From Podarcis cretensis (taxonomy: Eukaryota), in contig OX638154.1 of the NCBI GenBank assembly GCA_951804945.1, positions 53,382,001 through 53,446,000 on the forward strand: a stretch of 64,000 nucleotides of DNA, given 5' to 3'. Positions 39,601 through 54,600 of the stretch are shown here, piece by piece. The number at the start of each line of letters is the position of its first letter. Position 1 is the stretch's first letter. Made by a program: the position numbers and the translations under genes. The notes beneath the pieces are model-generated. The model was not told the origin of the DNA. It saw only the letters and a list, made by a program, of their open reading frames with translations, and ran no database searches.

Positions 39601-42600
39601 GCTGCTTTGGCTTTGAGTATTAGATTGGATTATCCCTCATTCCACCCCACATGCATTGAACACGTACACACCTCAGATATGCTATATCTCACTCTCACAG
39701 CCTCCCCAGGAGCATTGAAATATCTCCAGAACAGCAGGGATGAAAACACTGGACCACATCCTTGTAAACATTAGGGTCTTCTTGTACTCAAGATTCCCAG
39801 GTTTCTTTACGGAGAGGCTGCAAGCTCCATCCCATCAGTTGGCCCTTGCACTGTGTGGGGTCCGACAGACTTACACTGCCCCATCTTGCTAGACAAGCCA
39901 ACTGTGTAGGACACTCCTCCCCTAGCAGGGCCTCTTTGGCTCAGAGGATGCCTCACAGCATGCTCCCAGAAACACTCCCTGTCTCCCCACAGAAGCAGAG
40001 CTGGGTACCAACAAGGGCAGCCGAAAAAGCAGAATTGGTTGGGAGCCAAGTGGAGAGATGCCCAGTAACCCAGAGCTGGCTGATCTAGGAACATCCCCAC
40101 AGCACGTCCGGCAGGACTTGTGTCTAAAGGGCCTAGCCAATTTGCTTTTGCAAAAAGAGTCTGGGTTGCAAGCCTAGTGCAAGAGCATGCCTGAAAGTAC
40201 CGGTGCCAACAGGGCAATGGAGCAGAGCTTCATAGCGAGGTTATTCTGTGGAAGACTTTATTTCCTGCCACCCTTTCTCATTCCTGAGAAGCCACTCCAA
40301 GCCACACCCTGGGATTCACTATGACATCCTAGTCCTAGTAGATTCCAGAGTGCTGCTTCAGCCTGGCTACATGGTCAACTGCCCTCAAGGCAAGGGTCAT
40401 CTCTTAACCCAGCTGAGAAATGGGTAGCTATGTAACTGAGGAGCAGGGGAGATCAATTACCTGGTGTTGACAAAAGCAACTTATCTCAGTCCTGGGTTGC
40501 ACATGCTGACACTGTCTCTCCCTTTTCTCTCCCCCTAGGTTCAGCAGAGCTGCTTCCCAGGCAGTGGAACAGGCCTTCAGAATTATCCCCATAATTACAG
40601 GCTCTTGGATAAATTGCTGGGCTGGGCACCTCCTCCCTCCCAGCTGGGCCACCCAAATGCAGCCCCCTGCTCTGTTTCCACACCAGCTGGGAGGCCCAAG
40701 AGAGCTTCAATTAAAAGAGACAGGATAGGGCTCTCCTCTTAAGGGCCCACCTGGCTTGAGAAAATGTGCGGACAATAAACTCCCCTCCCCCCCCCCAAAG
40801 AAAACTCCAACCCTCTTCTAGGGTAAAACCTCCTCTCAACCAATTTAGCGCTACCATACTGGAGTAATCTGTTATTAAAGCTTCATAGTTATTATTATGG
40901 ATATTTATGGTAGAAGGCAGAGATCCAGCCCCAAACACAAAAAAGTAAGAGATAATTTCTTGCCTCAAAGAACTGAAATTTTGGTCTGACTGGGCAAGAG
41001 GAAAGTCAGGCCCATAGAAGGAAAGGGACTGGAATTTCTCCAGCCCCACAGCAGGGGCTAAGAAGGGAACAAAACCCTTATGCCCATAGCACCTGTGGGA
41101 AAACATCACCCCATAGACTGAACAGAAAGAGTAAGGGTGGCAAGTGAGCAGCAGACAAAGCTCTTGAGAGAATCCCTTTTCAGAGCCTTCAAAGACATTA
41201 AAAAGCCCAGCTTTTATTCAAAACAGGATGCAATAACACAATATCCTGTCTCCAAAGCAATTCATAGTAGTTTTGCTGTGGACATAGTTTTGTTGAAGGA
41301 GGTGACTCACCCACCACTTAGTAATAAATACATAAAGGCATCCTAAAGAGGGTGTTGCTGCAAAGGGAGCGTTCCTTGCTAACATGCTGGAGTAGTTAAA
41401 GGGGGGGGGGGGCAGGGCCCAAGCATGTGGGCAGAAGTGGGCAGAAGTGGGACAGTGACTTTCCCCCTGGTGAAAACAGCAGCCGGGAGGTCAAGGCCAC
41501 AGCAGGGACAAAGCATAAAATTGCTACCCCAAACAGGACACCCCACCCACAGGTAAAGAAAAGCACACACAAAAGGCACTTATATAGTTAACACAATGTC
41601 TTCGTTTGTGTCAAAGAGATATACACCCTTTTACATAAGATGCTCTCTCAAGAGCCACAACTTCCAGAGTTCCTATGTTCCTGCTGACCTTTCCTGTGCA
41701 CACTCAAGAGAATCCAACACTGTTGTTGTTGTTTTAAAAATTATTTATAGTTTTCAGTTATTCATCTACTTTAATTGTATACCCTTATGAAATTGCAGGT
41801 TATTACAATAATCCTGCCAATGTCCTTATCTGTTTACAATTTGTTTGTAAATATTTAATAAACCATTTCCATTCTTTTATAAAAAGTTTGTTATCTTGAT
41901 TTCTTATTTTTTCCAGTAAGTTTTGCCATGTCTGCAAAGTCCATAAGTTTTGGTATCCATTCTTCTTTCATTGAGACTTCTTATTCTTTCCATTTTTGGT
42001 CAAATAACATTTTTGCTGCTGTAGTCGCATACATTAATAAATTTCTATACTGTTTAGGTAGCTCTATCCCATGGATAGGCAAACTAAGGCCCCGGGGCTG
42101 GATCCAGCCCAATCGCCTTCTAAATCCTGCCCGTGGGCGGTCTGGGAATCAGAGTGTTTTTACATGAGTAGAATATATACTTTTATTTAAAGCCTCTCTG
42201 GGTTATTTGTGGGGCATAGGAATTCGTTCATTTCTCCCCCCCCAGAATATAGTCCGGCCCACCACATGGTCTGAGGGCTGGTGGACTGGCCCATGGCTGA
42301 AAAAGGTTGCTGATCCCTGCTCTATCCCTATAGTTCCCAGAATAAAAGCTTCTAGTTTTTTGTTTTGTTTTTTGAATGTTATTTCAAGCATCTTTTTCAA
42401 TTCATTATATATCATTTCCCAATAAGCTTTAACCTTAACTGCAAGACCACCACATACGATGGTCTTTAAACATAAAATCCCAATAGACAAGAATCCAACA
42501 CTTTTGGCATCTGACTGCCAGAAGGAGGGATGAACAAGCACTGTACCAACCAGGGACAGCAAGACAAGAGTGCTGCTTGATAGGATTTGCAGGTCTCAGA

Positions 42601-45600
42601 ACATACGTCAGCAAACATATTAGGCCTCTAGCCTTCACAATGTGTAGAACTTACAGTAGGTCCATGACAAGGGAACACAGTGCCTATACAGCATTTAGTG
42701 TGAGATACACCCACCCATCCACACACACCCATATTGCCACATCTGGCTATAAATACAAATCAGGCAGCCACTAATAGAAAGAGCCTCCTTAGTTCCCATT
42801 ATTTATGCTAACATATTCCAATCAAGCCTCTAATTTTTCAAAATAGACAAAGCCTTTTGTGGGGGGTTGGGAGAAGAGGGAGGGAGCAGCAGAGAGGAAA
42901 GAAGACTCGTGTTACAAATTTGTACCAGACCCCAAGAAGTGACACACAGATACTTGGTGGGGGCAGTCATTACAAGCACTATCCAATAGGTGTCTGTAAC
43001 TCTCATGCCATGTTGTTCCATCCAGTATTCACAACAGAAGGGGGGGGGAGGGGTCAAATATCATTTACTCAGCTAATACTGCAGCTTGAGCACTGGAAAA
43101 ATGCAATATGCATGAAACAGAAATGCTTCCTTGAGGAAAGCTGTCTGTTTCCCATATATAACAAATGAGTAACAGCAGTCTCCACAAATCCCATGTTTTC
43201 CAAGGAAGGGAAATTCCAACATTTGCCTCCCCTTCTCTCTTTATTTGTGGGAGTGGGGGTGGAGGGGGTAATTCTCCAGAGTGAAAGGTGTGCAGAGGAA
43301 CAGAAACTCAAGCTTGAGTTAAAAAAGCATTTGTAACTGTTTCGAGGTTGAGGAAAATATACATGGTCACTTTCATCACAAGGGTTTTTTGTACACATGG
43401 GCAGGAAACCTGCAGCAAGCCCACATAGGGCTGCTGTACTTCCTGGTTTGATTCACATGGGCTTCCAGAGAAGCCCTTCCTGGAGTACAGAACTGGGCAG
43501 TTTGAATGTTACTGGAGCTATCTGGGGAAAACAATTGCCTTGATTCCATGAGTAGCGCAACCCTATAATTTGCCCTGGGTCGGGTGTAAGTATTAATAGA
43601 AAGTATTGGGCCAGACCAAAAAAGGAAAGCACCTGGCATTAGCTTGTAGGGCAGAGAATAGACTCATGAGACCCTCCAGGGATGCAGTGACTAGAAGGCA
43701 TTAAGAAACCTTTGTGTAATTAACTGGACAAGAAGACCCTTCTCCATGCATAAAACTGGCTTCCACCTTCAGTCTGCCCTCTCCATTCAATCTAGGCATT
43801 GTCACTACAAATAACAATGGAACACAGAGTTTGTCTTTACTCCTTGTATTAACACACATAATGTTCCTTTGCACCTAACAGGAGATATCAGAGGTCATCA
43901 AAGGAGAAGGGACAAACAATCCAAGAGCATGCCAAAAGATCATATGGATAAAGTGAGAGGATAGAAACTTGCCTCAGGAAGATTGTTAGGGTCCTGAAGG
44001 GTTATCCAAACGATTAAAAAAAATCTCAGACATAACCCTTTAGTACTATATTCACAGAAGTCATAATGCAGCAACAGTTGTGCGATATCCTGCTCAAACC
44101 TGTGACACCTATGCAGCCACATAACATATTAACACTTCAAGTTGCACCGGCCCTTCAAGCTAAGGAGATTTTCTCATTGAAACTACATTGTAGTTTGTGT
44201 TGGGAAAATAAAATAACCCTGAAACAAAAGCACTTCCTTGATGGAAAACAACAACATCCTGAAGTACACGAGCAACAATTTTACATTTACTGCTGAAAAA
44301 GATTCTGGATTTGATTCATGAGACACAGATGATATAGAGTAAAATCCTAAATTCTAGCTACTTGCAGAAATCAAAAACTGGAGGACGAGAGGTTTCAGTA
44401 CCTGAAAATGTGAACTAGGTGGTTTCTGTACAGAAACTAAGGTACAACAAATCAATTTCACACAAGAACTGAATTTTCACACAAGAACTGAATATTTACC
44501 TTGCATCCTTCTATCAAGAATTCTGAGTGAAAAGCATTTTCTGCTCCCAGTTGTGAAGGCAGCAGTACTGCACAAAGAGACTTAATATTTTTTCTGAAAG
44601 CCACTTTAAGACACATAAAGAAAATAAGGGTATAAATTCCTTAAATAAATAATAAAGTCCAACATTGACTGCAAGCAAGGGCAACAGCTAACTTTTTAAT
44701 TTTTCAACATTTAATGCATGAAAACAGGGATACTAGTTTTACATTGAGGCGGGCCTGTTGCGACTTCAGGGGGTGGAAAGCTAGACATCAGCTAGGGCTC
44801 CACAGCAAAGACCCCACCAGTCCAAAAGTGTCCCACAGATCTTGAGAGATGGGTGCTTAACGGTTTAAATAATTTCTATACTGTTTAGGTAGCACATGCT
44901 TAATATCAATTGGAAAATGGAGGCTAAAACATGGATAAATATATGCCGTAGATGCCTCTTGACCATGCGTCCTCAGTATATTGTCCTTCATCCTGCCCTT
45001 ACCCACTATCACTGCTGGAGATACAGAAGGATCTCATTTCAGTTGGGCAGCTGAAGCCCCAGAATTTTAAGTGACTCACCCATGATCAGAAACCAAGAGA
45101 CTAAATACAGTATAGGACTTTTGAGATTTGAACTGCTTGTGTTAATCTAGCACACATAATCATTTTATACTGGGAAGATTGACATTGTCGTAAGATATCT
45201 GAGCATGACCGCATCGTGCTTCACTTGGCCACCTGAAGACAAAGGGCTCTGTCACTCACTGTGGCACCGTTCCATGCACTGTTTAGTGTCCATATATGTT
45301 CCGTGCCTTATTTCCAAGGAGCTGGATTCACTTTTTGTACAAGATCACTTTTTGTACAAAACTTGTGCATACCAACTTACTTAAAAATAATAATTTTCTA
45401 TACTTATTGTAAAAAAACAACCCAGTTTTTAGATTGACTTGCCTAAGATCCAGGACAAAGCACCATCTAGTTCAGCATCTCATTCTCATAGTGGCCAAGC
45501 AATCATTTGATTATCTACAGCTGAATGTGCAAAACTGCCTCACTATAAAAGTGCTTCCACATTCAAGGGAAAGTATTTATGATCTGTCCTATTTCATTAC

Positions 45601-48600
45601 TTGAATGAGTCTTAAGTTGTGACTAGCTTTTGCTGATTGTGCCCACCATTTCTGAATTATAGTGAGAAGGCTCAGAAGCTCTGCCTGTGATATCTGATCT
45701 GTAATGGTGGTTTCTGTCATTATGAACTTCTATTTGAACTTATAATTTAACAGTCTTCCCTTTCTGAAAAATAATATGGAGGAAGCACCCTCTTATGGGG
45801 GACATGTTAACACTGCACAGTAAGCTGATCCCTGTATTTCAAGTATCTTATAACCTCCATTTAAAATGCAAATCACAGACATTTAGGATAGGTAGAAGCG
45901 ATGATGTTGGACATAGAAGTATGTGCAGCAGTAATTCTTGGTTGGCACTTTTAAATCATTACTGTACCAGTGATGTTTCTGGTATTTTCATGGAATGGTG
46001 TGGCAGTAGCATTTGTATGCTAGATTTTTTTATTGTTATTGGTATGTTTTATATTTTATATTTAGCAGTTCAAAAGCACCCCCGGGTGCAAGTAGATAAA
46101 TAGGGACCGCTTACTAGCGGGAAGGTAAACGGCGTTTCCGTGTGCTGCGCTGGCTCGCCAGATGCAGCTTTGTCACGCTGGCCACGTGACCCGGAAGTGT
46201 CTCCGGACAGCGCTGGCCCCCGGCCTCTTGAGTGAGATGGGCGCACAACCCCAGAGTCTGTCAAGACTGGCCCGTACGGGCAGGGGTACCTTTACCTTTA
46301 CCTATATTTTATATCATTATAATAATTAATAATAATAATTTTGTTATGTACACCCCACCCATCTGGATGGGTTCCCCCAGCCACTCTGGGTGGCTTACAA
46401 CTTATCTAAAAACAGCAGTCCTTAAAACTTTCCCTAAACAGGGCTACCTTCAGAGGTCTTCTAAAGTCAAGATTGTTGTTTATTCCATTTACATCTGAAG
46501 GGAGGGTGTTACTACCGAGAAGGCCCTCTGCTTGTTTCATATTGCTTGTAAGCTGCTTTGAGACTGTTTCTCACCTTAGGCAACTAAGTAAATAATTATT
46601 ATAATAAATAACAAAGCAAATGAAAACAAAAAAGTTGCCATGGATAAAAATATAGGGCTTGTTGTCTAGAAGAGAAAGGTTACCGTATTCAGATCCACAG
46701 TGGATCTCATCTCTTTTAAAAAGCAAACTAGACTGAATGTGACAAAACAAGCTAGTGGGTGTATAAAAGAAAAGCAGGAGTAATCAACTCCTGGAGGCCA
46801 TGTGCTAGTGGTCAGGGGTAGGCTTCTAACTATAGCAGCCAAAGCAACAATATTAATCCTAGTCCAAGGTTGTTCTGCATTAGATGGAGCTTAGAGTGCA
46901 ACTGAACAGCATCTGAACTGTTGTCTCTTAGGAACAATCCAGTTTTTTAAACATAGGAAAGTGTGTCTTTGTAATGTCAAGAGGGTCAGACTTGAATATG
47001 GGACCCATGAACTCCAGATAAAAGCATGGAAGCATTTTCAAGACATAGGTCTCTCTTACACATCTGTCTCTTCCAATATTCAAAGGATGCAGTTCCCCAC
47101 AATTATTTGCTGGAGGGGAAATATAATGCTCTTAATGTATCAGTAAAGAACACGTTCCTGGCATCTGCTGAGATCCCATCCAATAGAAAACACATGCCTG
47201 TGGGCACCTCTATATAAGCCATGGTAACATCCCGGAAATCATATATCTTCCCAATGTGCTTATTTAATAAGCAGACTACATATTTTCTCATTCCTTTTAT
47301 CATGTGCAAACATGTGCACCCAATACTGCAGTGTACCTGCCACTTGTGTTTCTGTAGGTAGTACAAGACTGACTTACTTGATTTTATTTCCCCATTTCCA
47401 CAGCATTCACTGAGTTTTGAAACATGTTCATCTTTTGAGATATAATGACTATTGCAAGATACAAGTTTTACAATGCATTGTTTTCTCAATTATAAGGATA
47501 TGTATGTTTTGATAAATTCCAAAGGGATAGCCATGCTAGTCTGATACTGCAAACCTCCCCACAAAAATAACTTGTGGCACCTTAGAAACAGATTTATTAT
47601 GGCTTATGTGAAAAGAAAACAGTCTATAAGGTGCCACAAAATTCTGTATATTTCGACATCAACCCTTCAGAACATTTTTGGTCACCTTTCTTCTAGTCCA
47701 ATGGGTGAAAGTCATCTGGGGTAAAAAAGTATGATATTGATATATGTCCTTATGGGGTTCAACCTGACCTCCTATCATGGCTGTTTTGAGGGACCATAAT
47801 CAAATGTTCCTCGACACCTTTTATAGCTCCATCTTTTCAAAATGATAAAAATAAAATCAAGCCCTGAATCCAAGGGTTGAAGACACTGCCCCACCCCAGG
47901 ATCCAGCTGGGATTCTTCAGTTTGCCAGAGACGAGGCTTCAGTTATCAGATACCAACAGTTGGGTGGACTCTTTGGGGCTGGGAGGAGCATCCTTCAAAG
48001 CCAGCATGCCGGAAATGGATATGGGGAACTCTCTGGATCCTTTTCTGCAACAAACCTACTTGGTGCTAGAACAAGGGCAGAATCTTGACTTCCAGAACAA
48101 AAGTTTAAATAAGGATTTAACAGAATGGACACAAGGAAACCAGAGTAACTTCGGGCTATGCCCTGTATCATCCAAGTATATATGAGCTTCCAGCTCAATA
48201 GAAAAGGTAGACATGTAAAAAATAAGCACTAAGGTCTATACAAGCCATGTCCAAAGTCCGTTTCGGGGGCCTAATCCGGACTGCCAGTCAGTTTAATCCG
48301 ACCCCTGTGGCAGTTTACCTCAACAACTTGAATCCTAAAAAAAGGTTAACAACTTTGGTCGGCCCTAACAACCCTTCATTTCATCAAATCTGGCCCTCTT
48401 TGGAAAAAAGTTTGGACACCACTGGTCTATACTATAGGAACATTCCAATCTTTCCCATTCACACTTTGCCCCAGCAAATGGTTGCAGACAGTGGACAGTT
48501 TTTGCTTTCTAATCTCTTCCTTGTAGAGACTTGAGTAGAATATCCTTTGGGTTGCTGGCCCAGTTTATAAGGGCAGACTGAAATTAGTAGAAGTTCCTTT

Positions 48601-51600
48601 AAATTGGCCTTAGCCCCCAGAAACCTCAAATAGAATGGCAACTGATCTACATGGACAAATAACCATCCACTTCTCAAGTTGTCACACCCTTGCTATCTTC
48701 CCACCTTTCTAAGGGCTCAATTGATGACAGTAAGAGGATGTAAGACCCAATTAGAAGGGAAACCTGGGCCTTTCACTTGCTGTTTTCCTCTCACCTTTGC
48801 ATTACAAACCTGAGCAGAAAACATAATTTAGTTCAGTCAGAACTGAAGTTTGGGGTCTCTTATTAGACCATTTGCGTGGGCTTACAATGCTTGTGTGATC
48901 TGTGACACCACAAACTGTTCAAAGTTCATTGCTCCCACATTGTATCACCAACTACCCTGGTCACAAACAAAGCAGGACACTCCTCTCCTACTCTGCATGC
49001 CTGCATCCTAAAAGTCAGATGATTTGGGTCAAGTGGCATGGAAATCTTCCCCATCAGAGACTGCTCTTAGGAAGCCCAAGCCAGCACCACAGCCAGCTGA
49101 TCAAGATTCTATAATTTCTGGTTTCTCCACAGGAGGGACTGTGTGGGTGAACTGTTTAGCTCTGATCACCTTATAAATGAGAAACCTCAGCTTAAGTAAA
49201 AGTATAGCTCTTAGGGTCAGTAAATCAACTCAAGTATTTCGAGTCAAGCTTCTCTTGAGTAGATGGAGCTTTAATGAAGGACACAGCACTCCCCACAGCT
49301 TGCAATATCTGATCTACATAGTTTAAGAAAGAAAGTGTACTAAAATGAAAGCCGTGTGCTCTTAAAGCCTCTGCTGCAGAGTTCCCTGGTCCTGGTTAAT
49401 TGATCTTTGGGCTCAACTTCAGGGTGACAAAAGGTGGACCTAAACATCAACAAAATGTCTTGAGCAGTGGGTGCTGGCCTAGAAACTGCTACATTGTCTG
49501 CTTGCATAATGTCTGTGTGTGTCCTGGCCCAGACTCCGTAGCGCTAACCACAAACCCCTCTGATCCAGGGCATGGAAAACTGCCATATTCAAGTGAGAAC
49601 CTGTCCAAAGAACATATGAAAAGCTATTCACTGATTTGGAAGCAGGGCAGTGGCCCTTCCCTTGGCCCTCCAAAGCTCATTCTTCTGACAAAACACTCAT
49701 CAACCAATCCTTTTGGTACTCTAGCTACGTGTACCAGCACAAACTAACCTCAACTGGGACATAAAAATACTCCTAGAACTTCTCTCATCATCAGCCCAAC
49801 AACAAGAATTGTGACTGACTCAGGCACCCCACTGCGACAGATGGGGTCCTAGGTGCCATCTCCAGAAGCCATATTATGGAGCCTGGTGCATTACCAATAA
49901 GTGCTTTGTTCTCTCTTCTTCTTGGAAATCTTTTGAAGAGACAACTGATGGAAAGAGACAATCCAAATCTGGCTACAATCCCAAGATGTGGAACTGGTAC
50001 TAGATGCTCAGCAGGGTATTAGTGTTCATTTTTTTCATTTTTCTAATTTGAAAAGCTCATAATAGGGGAGTAAGACTTATTCTATATTCATCTCAATAAA
50101 TTCATCAGACTTTAACTTTTTGCATGGAAACTAGATGATTAAATGACATCCACCACCACCCCCCATAAATAGCACTATCTGTATCCAGACTTGCTTTTTG
50201 GTTCAGTCACAGTGTGAGTGCTGCAGTCTTGTTAAACAAGCAAAGTGGAACCGGGTTTCATGAAATCCAGAGGGGAAAACCTCTTCTCTTGACAGTGTTA
50301 CACATAACTTGGATAATTGCCTTTTAAAATCAGAGGATATCCTTGGATCTGACATGAACTGGACTCAGGAGAATAGTTCCTCAAAGAGGACTTCCTTTCA
50401 ATTCAAAGCCTTGGAAATAAAAAAAGTGGGCCTTTCTGCCTCAAAAGTGAATAGAAAGACAGATTTGTTCTACACTAGAGAGAGTTTCACTGACTTTGGG
50501 AGTAGATTCTCTATCTTAGAAGCGCCAATGGGCCTCCTGTATGTATTCCCACCTCTACTGATCCTAGGCAAGGTGCTTTGTAATATTGTAAGAAACCTGG
50601 GTGATCTCAGTCTCCTTGTATTTATCTCATGGATTGTGGATTCACAACTTATGGGAGTGGATTCACAACCTACTGTGTTCCAAAACCCAGTAGCTTATCC
50701 ACATCTGTACATTCTGAATCTGAACACTTTATGCCCTAAGCCAGGAGCATACAAGGTCTTTGGGTATTTGATGTGGTATTCACTAAGACAGTCCACTAAT
50801 AGAATTTATGAAGCTAGCTGGAGGACATTTGTGTCAAAACCCTATTAAGGGTTGGCCCAATACAATTTGGCACCTGAGGCAAACCACAAAACGCTGCCCA
50901 CCACCACCACCCCGCCAGGGAAGAAGGGGTAAGTGAAGATCCACAACAGGAACAAGAAAGTAATAAAGATTTACATCAGGATCTGTTGCCTCTGTGGATC
51001 CTGCCACCTGAGGTGGTCATCTAACCTTGCCACATAGGTGGGCCGATCCTAGCCCTAGTCCCCCACATCCTAGATTTTCTACAAGATGGGATATAAAGGC
51101 CTTCTGCCAAATACTCTGAAGAGGTAAAGGTGGTAACCTTGAAGAGTGTTATCTACAACAGCCAACCACAGAGAATATTTGGTGTTTCTATAGATTTTGG
51201 AGTGACACATAAGAAAAATTGGAGAAACAACTACTGGAAAAGGAAAAAAATATAGGAGGACAGGCAAACAGGTAGCAGGCAGACACAAGACTTAGTTGGT
51301 GGGAGGGCCTGACTTAATGGGGCATAAGTTCTGCAGGCCTGATCTAAAACCATATGAGGCAAACTAAGGTCATTAATTAGGATAGGTATGAACAGCAGAA
51401 CAGATAAATCAGAAACAAAAAATAAGGTCTAAACATCAAGATATACAAAGTGAAAAGGGAAAAAAAAGGAGAATGCTTGTTCTGAAGGACAAGAAAAATA
51501 ATTTAAAATTTGCAGCAGGACTAGGGCTACAACCACATCATACCTCTTATATATTACAAACCACTACAAATCTGTGAAAGGTGAACTTGGGATGAGCATA

Positions 51601-54600
51601 AATAAATGCATAAACATGAACTGTTGGTTTTTTCTGCTGTAGGATAAACCTATCTTCCCTTGACTTGACTCTTCAAGTGACAGATCTTTTGCTGATGTCC
51701 TCTTTGCTGCTCTTTCCCTGCTTCAGGTACCCTTTCCACCTTTAATATCCCTTCAACTGTCTTGTCCATTTATTCTGTGACATTTGTTCTGTACCTTATT
51801 ATTTTACTATTGTTCATTATAATTTGTATACCCATTTTTTAAAATTTGAAAATCTGCTGGGATGTGGCTTTTTAATTTTACATTGCACACAGCATTCTGC
51901 ACAGCTGGCTTCTGTTGGAAAATAGCAGAGACAATTTATGCAAAGCTTGATCCTCATGGAATATTGCACGTATGACTAAAATAGGATGGGTACAGTTTCA
52001 CAGTGCAATCCTATACATGCCTGCTCAGAAGGAATTCCCAGAGGTTTATTCCCAGATAGATGTTTATAGGATTGCAGCTCAAACCACAATAATTATGCAC
52101 ATATGTATGCATCCTTCATTAACTGAATATTCACACAAGGGATCGTGAGAAATAAAAACTTAAAGTCCAGTAAAAGAGAAATAAAACAAAAGAAATCATC
52201 AACCAATATTGTTCCTAAGAAATGTACTACTTAGGAAATTCAGTGTGATAAAATATCATGTAAGTTATTGCTGTAGTGTGGTGTTTTGCTTTAAGATCCT
52301 TGATCTAAACAAATCAATACTGTCATGAATATTAGGTTTTAAAGCTACACACTGAAGACTGCTTATTTGTTGTCCACGACAATAATGCATTAAATGTGAT
52401 TTTTTAAAAAGAATAACTTATGTTTGTCTTCTTTGTAACTGCATGGGTTTATCCTGATTCAGAGACCCACGTTTTGACTGCATTTGTGAACATGTTGATC
52501 TAGATGACATAGAAGTATAAAGAATAAATCTTATCCTTGACTGCTTGCGTCAAGGCGTCAACTGTAATTTTGGCAGATTATGCCCACATCTCTACTCACT
52601 GGGAAATCTCCTCAAAAGCAAAAACCCCAACAACTAGAAGCTGCCTGATCTGAAGCTGGATACTAGTCCAGATAGCCTTGGAAGTGAGCCAGGTTGAAAG
52701 TGAGGCTTCATCATGGACAGCTTATGTTTTGGTTTAATCCATGACTATTCCCATCAGCAACAAATTCAATAATGCAACTAAACAGAGAGTAAGTGGACAG
52801 CTGTGTCCCCTCCATATCCATGTGGAGATCTGATTCCTTGACAGGCCTGAAACAGTGAAGAAAGGATAGGGAAGGCTAATATGCACCCACCCCCCTCTCA
52901 CACTCCCTCCCTTATGGCAGTGGCAGCCGCAGCCGAATCTGATTTCTTGCAGCGTCCTCAACACAGTGCTGCACGCACATGCCTTGGGCCACCTTCAAAG
53001 TGTTGAGGGGCGGATTAGCTGGATTAGGGAGGCTGTGAAAGGAGCCATGCTGCTCGGGAGGAAGTCTCGCTGGGGGCGTGCTAAAAGAGCCATTTTTACC
53101 TGTCCCGGCTGCTCTGAAAGGCCTGCCAGCCGCTAGCTGGCCTATGGCTGTCAAAACACGTCCAACCAGGATCCTGTTCACCATGGAAAAGCAGCTAGCT
53201 CCATCAAGACAAGCAAGGGAGCCCAAGCACCCCATTAAACTGACACCCTGGGGCTAAACATTGCTGAGGGCCGAGGTAGGGGGAGATGTGCAGCGCCGTG
53301 TCCCTTGGTGCTTGTTCTCTAACAAACCTAGTCTGACAAAGACAGAGACGCCAGGCTGCTTTCTAAATAAACAAGGCAGAGGGGGTGGAGGTGGCTGGCA
53401 GGCTGGATGGGGGAGCTGGCTTTAAGGAGAGCACTGAAAGGCCCGTTTGAGGCCTACTCTCCATTCCCCAGGCCTGGCCTGGCCTTTTGTTTATCCCAGA
53501 CCTAAATTAATGTCTTTATTTACCAGAAATCCGAAGGGCTCAGGTTCCCAGTGTGGAGGGGGCGGGTGAGGGAGAGGAACGGCATGAAGGAGCCTTGGCC
53601 AAAGACGAGGGGAGAGCCCGACCCCCGAAAAAGGGGGCTAAAAGAGATTCAGTTGGGAGCCATTCACTGCTAAGACTCCTGTCAGCATTGACATAAATTT
53701 CCACTGGTGTTGGCATTTACGCATTTGGCATTTCCATATGTATAGAGTTGCCTGGACTAATTATGCTAATCATCCCCTCTGTTGGCCGCTGTGAAAAATG
53801 CCCACATTAAGCACTCCACTGCCTGCTAATGTGACTTAATGTGCGGTTGAAACATACATTCATCCCCCTCTGAATGGCGAAATTTTTCCACATTGCTGCC
53901 TTCATTCAGGCAAGAAATGAATTTTTTGAACTCAGACCACTTTTCCAAGCCAGGGGGGATGGATCAGAGAATAACACTCTCTCCTTCTCTCTCCACTTTC
54001 TGTTCCCCACTCACAGCTCTTGCTAATAAAATAAAAAAATAAAATCTCTAGGGCTGGGTCAGACACCCTTCTTCACATATCATTTAAAAATGGAATCTCC
54101 ATATGTACAACCAGATCAGCGAGGTGGGGAGACCCCATCTTTATCTAGAAGCATCCGTCCTCTCACTCTTCTCTTGTCCACCCCCCCCCCTCAACAAAAG
54201 GAGCTCTTTCCTCCCCCAACCCTTCAATTCTTTGGGAAACTGAAACAGCCTGAGTGGCAACTCTAGCAAGTTTGAGCTAGTCTGAGAAAAGAAAGATCCT
54301 TTCAAAGCCGGCCATGGTCACAGTAGAAGATGCCTCTTAGAGCAAATGTCAAAGCAGAGGCAGAAAACAAAGCAGATTTAGAGGATAATGGCCAACGCTC
54401 TCCCACTCTTTCTCTCTCTTTTAGAGGATAGAGAGGCTGAAGGGTATCCTCAAATACACTATTTTTTAAAATAGTAGTTACAACACTTTCTATTCTGCAG
54501 GTATTATTTACTACTTGCATGTGCAATCACATGTGCAACCCTCACAGCAGTTATTAGCAATCACAATAAATACTATGAAGCATATGAGAATTGTTCAATG

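Noticed and set aside
44456-45360. Short direct repeats (TTTCACACAAGAACTGAA x2; CACTTTTTGTACAA x2) as an array or CRISPR-like feature
   Set aside because: Only two adjacent copies each, with no spacers; simple slippage duplications in eukaryotic DNA.
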